From Candidatus Methylomirabilis oxygeniifera (lineage in GTDB: Bacteria > Methylomirabilota > Methylomirabilia > Methylomirabilales > Methylomirabilaceae): 32,000 nucleotides of DNA. The notes beneath the pieces are model-generated. The model made no database searches, was not told the DNA's origin, and was given only the letters and a program-made list of their open reading frames with translations. Both the position numbers and the translations under genes were made by a program. The stretch is from NCBI GenBank assembly GCA_000091165.1, contig FP565575.1, forward strand, positions 1,050,001-1,082,000, given 5' to 3'. Below are positions 1 to 5,991 of the stretch, one piece after another (position 1 is the stretch's first letter; each line of letters opens with the position of its first letter).

Positions 1-207
1 GGCACGGATTGCATTGACCCGAATGTCCGCCTCCTTTTTCGCGAAGCGGAATGTCTCTCGCAGAACGCGGTCGAGCTCGGACAGGATGAAAGGGGAGATG
101 AACAGCTCGATTTCTCCTCTGCGGATGCGATACAGGATTTGATCCGGCTTGCTCCCCGGGAAAGCCAGGGCGGAGATCAAGACATTGGTGTCAAGGACAA
201 TCCGCAT
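1..207 (-). CDS. vapC: PIN-domain ribonuclease toxin (VapC-like), C-terminus cut by window edge
   Basis: Reverse-strand ATG at 205-207. Translation MRIVLDTNVLISALAFPGSKPDQILYRIRRGEIELFISPFILSELDRVLRETF... has the N-terminal (V/L)DTN acidic motif of PIN domains. It lies 12 nt downstream of an RHH antitoxin gene. Confidence 0.8.
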   Translation of the reverse strand, partial: MRIVLDTNVLISALAFPGSKPDQILYRIRRGEIELFISPFILSELDRVLRETFRFAKKEADIRVNAIRA

Positions 208-219
208 GGTGTGGTGGGC

Positions 220-456
220 TTATTTGCGGACCGCGTGCACGATTCGATCCACATCCTCCTCCGTTCTGATTCCGAGCGCCTGGGCGTGGAGGGCGGTCTT
301 GCGCTGAAGTTTCCGCCAGCGTTGGTCCTCAAGGTACAGGCGCAAGGCTTCCCGGAGGAGTTCGCTCTTCGTTCGATTTTCCTCCTTGGCTGTTCGTTCG
401 GCCTCTCTGCTGAGCTTAGGCGGAAGCGAAATAGTCCATGTCTTGGTGGTGCGCAT
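220..456 (-). CDS. vapB: Ribbon-helix-helix (CopG-type) antitoxin
   Basis: 78-aa ORF with AGGAGG about 7 nt upstream of the ATG. TISLPPKLSREAERTAKEENRTKSELLREALRLYL is a typical RHH DNA-binding segment. It sits directly upstream of the PIN toxin gene. Confidence 0.8.
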   Translation of the reverse strand: MRTTKTWTISLPPKLSREAERTAKEENRTKSELLREALRLYLEDQRWRKLQRKTALHAQALGIRTEEDVDRIVHAVRK

Positions 457-479
457 CGTGTCACCTCCTGTTCGGTTGA

Positions 480-496
480 ATCTTACTTAGTAAGAT
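480..496. promoter_or_regulatory. Perfect palindrome ATCTTAC-TTA-GTAAGAT upstream of the RHH antitoxin; candidate autoregulatory operator
   Basis: A 7-bp inverted repeat with a 3-nt spacer, read directly from the sequence. It lies 24-40 nt upstream of the antitoxin start in an AT-rich promoter-like stretch. RHH antitoxins commonly bind palindromes in their own promoters. Confidence 0.35.
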
Positions 497-621
497 ATGA
501 TGTTATTACAGAGATGTCAAGGGGGTCAGTATAGTCTGATGCTCCATTCGAGAGTCTGAGTATGGCACGAGGGCTAGGGAGCGGTCGGATGGCTGGGGGG
601 CGCGGAGCCGAAGGCGATGGG

Positions 622-2079
622 CTACGCGGGACGGACGTGGCGGCGCAGGGCGAGGAGGCCGCCGCCGACCAGGAGCGCGACCATGGCAAGCTGCGCCCAC
701 TCCGACAGGGTGGGAATCGCCTGAGTCCCGACGGCAGTCAGCGTGACATCGTTGCTGCCCACGTACGAAATGTGGAATTGCGTGCTGCCGACCGTGAACG
801 TCGCGCCCTCGGGCAATCCGGCGAACGTTCCCGTCACGGCGTCGGTACTGTCATTGTTGATGATCGTGAACACTTGCCCTGCTGTCGGCGTGAAGCCGAG
901 GACCACGTTCAGCGTGGCGCCACCGAGGGTCACCGTCCCCGTCACGTTGACCTGGTCGTACTGCGTCCCGACCGTGGGGCCGTTGATCTCGATGGTCAGC
1001 GTGCTGCCGGAAGTCAGCGTCAGGTTGCCGGTGTTCATGATCCCGGTCGAAAGCCCGGGGCCCAGTGTGCCGCCGTTGTTCACGGTCACGGCATTGAACG
1101 TGCCCGTGCCGCCGAGCGTGCCGCCCGAGTTCACCGTCACCGGCGAGGCGATCGACCCGTTGACCGCGAGCGTCCCCGCGTTCACGGTCGTGGCGCCGGT
1201 GTAGGTGTTCGCGCCCGAGAGCGTCAGCGTGCCGGTGCCGGCCTTGGTCAGCGCCGCCGCGCCGCCGCTGTTCTGATACACGCCGGAGAAGGTGGTGCTG
1301 GTGTTGTCGCCGCCGACGGTCAGCGCGTTGCTGCCGTTCATAAATACGTTGCCGCCCCCGGCCAGCGAGCCGATGGTGCTGGCGGCCTGGAAGAGCGCGC
1401 TGCCGTTGACGGTGAGCGCGCTGCTGGTCGGGACGGCACCATTGACATCAAATCGGACGCGTGCGGTGCCACTAACGGTGGTCGCGCCGGTGTACGAGTT
1501 GACGGTGAGGAGCTGGAGGCCGTCGGTTGGCCCCGTGCTCGATAGCGTAAGAGGACCCGTTCCAGTGATGGCGCCTGTGAAATGCAAAGCGTCGGCATTG
1601 CCGCCTGAGGTAGCCAGCGAGAAGGTGGTCGAGCCGTTAAGTGTCACCCCAGGAACACTGTCAGCCGGGCTGGTGTTGGCGTTATTGAAGGTATCGGTGA
1701 TGGTGCCGCCGCTTTGGAGCACGATCGGGCCGCCGGCAATTGCCAGGATGCCGCCACCGCCGTTGCAGGAATTCATCGTGAGGGAATGCAGTTGAACTGT
1801 GGACGGCAGATCGTAATTCGTGGGACACGCGGCCCCGCCCGCCCCTTGGCTCATATCGATGACGACATCGTCGCCTGTCCCCGGCGCGCCCGCCGGAGTC
1901 CAGCAGGCGCTGGTTGACCAGTTCGAGCCCAAAGGACAGCCACCGACACTGCCATTCAGGTTTTTGGTGGCGGCGAAGGCTGGCGTGGGAGGCAGCAATA
2001 GCAGGATGAAAAGCGCCGGAAAAGCTGCAACGGGCCGGGCGAACGCAATGATTGCGAGAAACGCGTGACGACACATCAT
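622..2079 (-). CDS. Secreted repeat protein with autotransporter-associated beta-strand repeats and an IPTL-CTERM sorting signal
   Basis: GGAGAGGAGAA lies before ATGATG. N-terminal signal peptide ends ...PPTPAFA/ATK. Repeated G-x-G-T-L-T-L-S-G-A-N-T-Y-T-G-A-T-T-V-N-A-G-T-L type units are present. C-terminus is AIPTLSEWAQLAMVALLVGGGLLALRRHVRPA, i.e. an IPTL motif, a TM helix and a basic tail. Confidence 0.85.
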   Translation of the reverse strand: MMCRHAFLAIIAFARPVAAFPALFILLLLPPTPAFAATKNLNGSVGGCPLGSNWSTSACWTPAGAPGTGDDVVIDMSQGAGGAACPTNYDLPSTVQLHSLTMNSCNGGGGILAIAGGPIVLQSGGTITDTFNNANTSPADSVPGVTLNGSTTFSLATSGGNADALHFTGAITGTGPLTLSSTGPTDGLQLLTVNSYTGATTVSGTARVRFDVNGAVPTSSALTVNGSALFQAASTIGSLAGGGNVFMNGSNALTVGGDNTSTTFSGVYQNSGGAAALTKAGTGTLTLSGANTYTGATTVNAGTLAVNGSIASPVTVNSGGTLGGTGTFNAVTVNNGGTLGPGLSTGIMNTGNLTLTSGSTLTIEINGPTVGTQYDQVNVTGTVTLGGATLNVVLGFTPTAGQVFTIINNDSTDAVTGTFAGLPEGATFTVGSTQFHISYVGSNDVTLTAVGTQAIPTLSEWAQLAMVALLVGGGLLALRRHVRPA

Positions 2080-2147
2080 TTCTCCTCTCCCACCATAGCA
2101 AACTTCAGCGCAGCCGAGGGGTCACCACGATTCGGCCGCTTGATCGT

Positions 2148-3215
2148 TCAGGTCGCAGAGCCTATTAGAATATCTGGCTCAATCAGAACAAGCGCCTCTT
2201 CTGGCGCGTGCCCATGAAATCGCCCAAAATCAGCTGGACCAAGTATGTTGGCGACTTGTCTTACTATCAGCCCAGCATAAAAGTTAAAAGCGTAAGCGAC
2301 GCATCTTGCCTCAGATTCGCTCATTGATTTGGCAGGCAGCGATGCCGGGGTGAATTTCGCCCCTTTCCCGAGGAGCCTGTCCAAGGTCGCGCGAGCCGGG
2401 GCATGCACCTTCGTCCAAAATGCGATCAACTCTCTGAGTTTTGCCGAATCGATGCCTCGGCCATAATATTGAACTGACAGTTCTATCTCTTGGATGGTCC
2501 TCTTATGCATCACTTGCTGAATCTCGAAGATGTCGTCGGCAGTCCATTCCTCTCGTGCCCTGGAGTCGACCGGCTTGGCGTGGAGTTCTGCCAATGCTTG
2601 CAGATATTCGCGTGTTTCGGGATCCACCTCCGAAGACATGGCCATGCCAGCATTGCAGCTGGATCTTATGACGCTCCAGTCGATAACATCCCACACCTGC
2701 ACAGCGAGTCCTGCAAGGTACAGAGGGAGCCCAAACAGAGCAAGAATCCCTACTGGCACTAGTTCTCCATAAACTCCAAAGAGGAGGGTCATCGCCACGG
2801 CGCCTTTAGCATCCTTCGTTGTGAGTCCAGTCCCGTAAAGAATGCGGTTTGCCAGTTGATGACAGACGCCATTGATCGCATAGACGATTCCAGCCTGTGC
2901 TGGGATCCCCATAAACTTACCTACCTCCCTGCCGCCAATACAGCTCGCCTTGCCTGTGTCGCCCTGTACTTTGCCCAGCTCCCGGGCATTGCTTGGAGGA
3001 GTGTATACTCCATTTTTCCACCGGGCATGGTCACAGTAGTACGAGTCCGGTGGGGTGTCGGCACTTGTAAGGGAGGCCGTCCCAAATCGGCATCCATCAC
3101 AATAGCCTTCTGCTCCTGATTTTCCGTCTCCAGTGACCCAAGTGTGCTCGCCAATGGCCCGGTCGTATATGACATCACCGAGTGGAATAGCCCAAGCATG
3201 CATAGTATCTCCCAT
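2148..3215 (-). CDS. Orphan membrane protein: Cys/His-rich N-terminal domain, central hydrophobic hairpin, helical C-terminal domain
   Basis: The long ORF is trimmed to the internal ATG at 3213-3215, which is preceded by AAGGAGG plus a 6-nt spacer (MGDTMHAWAIPLG...). The region is visibly lower in GC than its flanks. Central segment is AVAMTLLFGVYGELVPVGILALFGLPLYLAGLAVQVW. I recognise no family. Confidence 0.6.
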   Translation of the reverse strand: MGDTMHAWAIPLGDVIYDRAIGEHTWVTGDGKSGAEGYCDGCRFGTASLTSADTPPDSYYCDHARWKNGVYTPPSNARELGKVQGDTGKASCIGGREVGKFMGIPAQAGIVYAINGVCHQLANRILYGTGLTTKDAKGAVAMTLLFGVYGELVPVGILALFGLPLYLAGLAVQVWDVIDWSVIRSSCNAGMAMSSEVDPETREYLQALAELHAKPVDSRAREEWTADDIFEIQQVMHKRTIQEIELSVQYYGRGIDSAKLRELIAFWTKVHAPARATLDRLLGKGAKFTPASLPAKSMSESEARCVAYAFNFYAGLIVRQVANILGPADFGRFHGHAPEEALVLIEPDILIGSAT

Positions 3216-3344
3216 ATCGTGCCTCCTTTTGTGTTTTGTGAGACTCCTCTCCTCTACAAAGTTTAGCCTTCTGACTCCACAGGTAGACCTGGCCACGCTG
3301 CGTAAGATCACCCCAGGAGGGATAGGCATTTTAAATCATCGGGG

Positions 3345-3677
3345 TCAGGTCTTGAATCTTGAATCATGCGATACCTTCTGCTTGATCACTTTGCTCACCG
3401 ACGAGTGATGAAGCCCCAGATGCGTCGCGATCGCCGCCTGCGAGTAGCCGTGCCGCAGCGCTGCCTTCACGATCGCCCGGTTCCGCTCGCCTCGATTGAA
3501 CGACCCTTTAGCTCTCAGGTTAATCGGGTCGCGACAATAGAAGAAGAACGTAATGCTGGGATCGCGCATGGCGATGCGCTGCGCACCGGCCGGGGTACAG
3601 TTCGGGACCCGCTTCTTGAGGTTGGACCAGTTGGCACCCTGATACTGGGCGACGTTGGGGGCTTTTGTGAAGGCCAT
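3345..3677 (-). pseudogene. Chimeric ORF: unknown 60-aa N-terminus fused to the C-terminal DnaA-like HTH typical of IS200/RAYT-type Y1 transposases (relic)
   Basis: GGAGG lies before ATG (MAFTKAPNV...). The C-terminal ERNRAIVKAALRHGYSQAAIATHLGLHHSSVSKVIKQ matches the HTH tail I remember from REP-associated/IS200-like transposase proteins. No Y1 catalytic domain is present. Confidence 0.45.
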
Positions 3678-3710
3678 CGAATCCTCCTTCAAACACCGCT
3701 GATCGTCGTA

Positions 3711-3830
3711 CTATCGCGTCGCCCGTGACGTGAGCCACGCCGCATTGAAGCCATTGGTGTCGACGGTGCCGCCGCCCGCGTTGAGCGTCACGCCGGCCGG
3801 CCTCGCCAACGCGCCGGCAATTCGTCGCGG
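3711..3830 (-). pseudogene. Short relic of an autotransporter-type beta-strand repeat gene
   Basis: The reverse frame ending at TAG (3711-3713) reads ...IAGALARPAGVTLNAGGGTVDTNGFNAAWLTSRATR*. LNAGGGT-x-DTNGFN is characteristic of passenger-domain repeats. There is no start codon or signal peptide. Confidence 0.3.
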
Positions 3831-3954
3831 CTGCGCCCCTTGGGCACGAGACAGTCGTCCGCACCCTATGCGGTGGGGGGGGGCGTGTCAAGGCAAAAGT
3901 GAGCAGCGCCAATGCGGCCTGCCTGACAGCGGCCGGTCACGCGCATCAGCACGG

Positions 3955-4005
3955 CATCTGAGCCGAACGATCACTGCATAGCGAGTGCTGCGAACGGCTC
4001 AGATG
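3955..4005. repeat. 11-bp perfect inverted repeat (CATCTGAGCCG ... CGGCTCAGATG) enclosing 29 nt
   Basis: Read directly: arms at 3955-3965 and 3995-4005. It is non-coding and lies between the transposase-HTH relic and the TA cassettes. It could be a REP/MITE-like hairpin. Confidence 0.6.
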
Positions 4006-4025
4006 GTATCAGACTGGGGGCGGGG

Positions 4026-4062
4026 TTACTGGCCGGCGCGGGCACGATGCCTCAGCGATGTT
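4026..4062 (-). pseudogene. Degenerate third copy of the UPF0182 gene 3' end
   Basis: TTACTGGCCGGCGCGGGCACG compares with CTACTTGCCGGCGCGGGCGCG at 4974 and 5992. The reverse frame reads ...ETSLRHRARAGQ*, against ...ESALKELR(A/T)RAGK* in the other copies. Confidence 0.4.
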
Positions 4063-4274
4063 TCACTACGGGAGGCGCCGGGAGAGGCCATGCGACGGGG
4101 TGCGACATGGCCTGACCGGATCAGGGGACCCAGCGTGAGGCAGGATCAGACGCGACCCCCTTTCATCCCGCTTTTTCCTTGACATCCTCGCGGGGAAGAC
4201 CACAATAACCTTCAACGTTGCCACGTTATAGATGTTGCTTCTGCGGGCGTTCATCTCATGGTGGCCAAAGAACT

Positions 4275-4589
4275 GTGACCATTCAGGACCTCATCGAAGC
4301 GATTCGCCGGCATCGCATACGTATCACAGACCACGCTGATGAGGAGGCGCAGGCCGACCGCTTGTCTTTTGAAGAGACGTTCTACAGCGTATTCCAAGGC
4401 GAGATCATTGAAGAGTATCCTGAAGACAAGCCATACCCGAGCTGTCTGGTCCATGGCGAAAGTTTCAAGGGCGAACCGATTCACAGCGTTTGGGCGTATA
4501 ATAGCACCAACGGGTAGGCGGTCTTGATTACGGTATATCGACCTGCCCCGGAACGATGGATCAACTGGCGTGTCAGGAGAAAGACATGA
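4275..4589 (+). pseudogene. DUF4258-family toxin interrupted by an in-frame TAG (4515-4517)
   Basis: From GTG 4275: MTIQDLIEAIRRHRIRITDHADEEAQ...EYPEDKPYPSCLVHGESFKGEPIHSVWAYNSTNG, then TAG. The same frame continues AVLITVYRPAPERWINWRVRRKT and ends in a TGA that overlaps the downstream ATG (ATGA at 4586-4589). That tail is the conserved DUF4258 C-terminus. The start codon is uncertain (TTG 4218 is also possible). Confidence 0.65.
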
Positions 4590-4828
4590 TGCCGTTCAAC
4601 AAATGCCCGATCTGCGGTGGCGAATTAGTGGAAAAAGACGTGGAAAAGCTGCTCAAAGGTGGCGTACATACTGCGGTATTGCAGGTACGCGCCGAGGTGT
4701 GTTTACGGTGTGGCGAGCGACTGTACTCCGAGGAAACGGTCAGGCGCTTTGAGCAGGTGCGGCGCAAACTCGAGCGACACGACGTCGAAGGGTTTCAACC
4801 ATTGGGTCGATCGTTCCATGTTGCGTAG
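4586..4828 (+). CDS. YgiT-type zinc-finger protein (MqsA-family antitoxin partner of DUF4258)
   Basis: AGGAGA lies before ATGATG. MMPFNKCPICGGELVEKDVEKLLKGGVHTAVLQVRAEVCLRCGERLYSEETV contains two CxxC pairs in the YgiT finger arrangement. Its start overlaps the ancestral toxin stop. Confidence 0.8.
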   Translation: MMPFNKCPICGGELVEKDVEKLLKGGVHTAVLQVRAEVCLRCGERLYSEETVRRFEQVRRKLERHDVEGFQPLGRSFHVA

Positions 4829-4973
4829 GCCGGAGCGAAGTTGTCGAAGCGGTCTGGTCATCGTCATGGCTCTCCGTCCGTCTCACACGCTCTGTTAGCG
4901 CCGTCCTGGCGCCTTCCCCCGCGAAAGCTTGTTCCGCGCGACGAGGTATCCCGTGGCCGGCCGGTCTGCGTGG

Positions 4974-5090
4974 CTACTTGCCGGCGCGGGCGCGCAACTC
5001 CTTCAGCGCCGACTCCAGCCGTTTGACCTCTTCGCTGTAGCCGGCGAAATTGCCCTGTCGAAGCAGCTCCTGCGCCTGCGTGCGGAACAT
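4974..5090 (-). pseudogene. Displaced second copy of the UPF0182 3' end (38 codons plus stop, still an open frame)
   Basis: By eye about 85 percent identical over about 105 nt to 5992-6100, with an identical first 17 nt including the stop. It encodes MFRTQAQELLRQGNFAGYSEEVKRLESALKELRARAGK*. No Shine-Dalgarno sequence is present. Confidence 0.75.
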
Positions 5091-5246
5091 TCACTTGCAA
5101 ACTGAGGGTGGGCACGTGTAGGAGGATCGCGTGCTGCTCCGTACTCCTGGTAGGGCAGTTGGGCGGGCAAAGCGACGCATAAATCCGCTTCGCTGTGACT
5201 TCGCTGCAGTATGCAAGGCAGTACCGCCGCTGAGTGAACTTCGAGA

Positions 5247-5275
5247 TTGCCAACCCTGGTACGGTGTGGTATTCA
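5247..5275 (+). promoter_or_regulatory. Candidate sigma70 promoter of the antitoxin/PIN operon
   Basis: TTGCCA, a 17-nt spacer, then TATTCA, located about 27 nt upstream of the ATG at 5302. Confidence 0.35.
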
Positions 5276-5301
5276 CAGTAGAGAAAAAAGGGAGGTGAGC
5301 G

Positions 5302-5526
5302 ATGCCGAGGCCAAGCCCGCTTGGGAAAATTGAAAAAGAGATCGAAAGGCTTTCTCCGAAGGATCAGCTCAAGCTGGTGGAGAAGCTCGCTCATCAGTTG
5401 ACAAAGACCGGAATTGCGGCGAGGAAAGAGCTGGACTGGAAGCGTCTGTACGGTCTTGGCAAAGGACTCTGGAAAGGTGAGGACGCTCAGGCCTACGTGA
5501 ATCGCCTGAGAGAGGATCGGATGTGA
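5302..5526 (+). CDS. Type II antitoxin (small helical protein upstream of PIN toxin)
   Basis: GGGAGGTGAGCG lies before the ATG. The 74-aa product is MPRPSPLGKIEKEIERLSPKDQLKLVEKLAHQL...LYGLGKGLWKGEDAQAYVNRLREDRM. Its stop overlaps the GTG start of the PIN gene (ATGTGA). Confidence 0.7.
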   Translation: MPRPSPLGKIEKEIERLSPKDQLKLVEKLAHQLTKTGIAARKELDWKRLYGLGKGLWKGEDAQAYVNRLREDRM

Positions 5527-5927
5527 CGCTTTCGGACGAGCTTACCGGGATCGACAGCATCTTCATTGACACAGCCCCGATCATCTACTACATAGAAGCC
5601 CACCCGGAATTTGGCCACCTGGCTAAAGAGGTCGTCACCGCTTTTCAATCCGGACATCTCACCGCCTACTCCTCAGTCATGACCCTCGCTGAGGTCCTAC
5701 CTCGACCGATCGAGCGCGGAGACGAGAAGCTTGCCAGGACATTCGCCGACTTCCTCAAGCATGGGAAGCGGCTGACCATGGTCGAGATCTCCGAAGAAAT
5801 AGCTGAGTCTGCCGGCAAGTTGAGAGGCCGTTACCCTGCCCTCAGGACTGTTGATGCCGTGCAGATTGCGGCCGCTCTGGAAACCGGTTCTCACGCCTTC
5901 CTGGCAAATGATATGCGATTGAAATAG
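5523..5927 (+). CDS. vapC: PIN-domain toxin (VapC-like)
   Basis: 134 aa. Acidic PIN residues appear in FIDTAP, TLAEV, VDAVQIAAA and LANDMRL. It is translationally coupled to the upstream antitoxin. Confidence 0.85.
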   Translation: MTLSDELTGIDSIFIDTAPIIYYIEAHPEFGHLAKEVVTAFQSGHLTAYSSVMTLAEVLPRPIERGDEKLARTFADFLKHGKRLTMVEISEEIAESAGKLRGRYPALRTVDAVQIAAALETGSHAFLANDMRLK

Positions 5928-5991
5928 ATCACCGATATAAAGGTTCTCGTCCTGAAAGATTATCTCTGAACTCCTCTGTCTCGCTGTGCCC

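Noticed and set aside
562-1545. 327-aa plus-strand ORF antisense to the IPTL-CTERM gene, and similar long shadow ORFs at 6143-6994, 17441-18364, 19511-20380, 22263-23351, 24030-24671 and 29243-30277
   Set aside because: These are Arg/Gly/Pro/Ala-rich, low-complexity translations that lie entirely inside well-supported genes on the opposite strand. They are typical GC-rich antisense frames with no recognisable motifs or ribosome-binding sites.
4864-5394. 176-aa minus-strand ORF spanning the region between the two TA cassettes
   Set aside because: It is in a different frame from the only conserved element it covers (the UPF0182 3'-end copy at 4974-5090). It also overlaps the antitoxin start and has an Arg/Gly/Ala-rich, composition-driven sequence.
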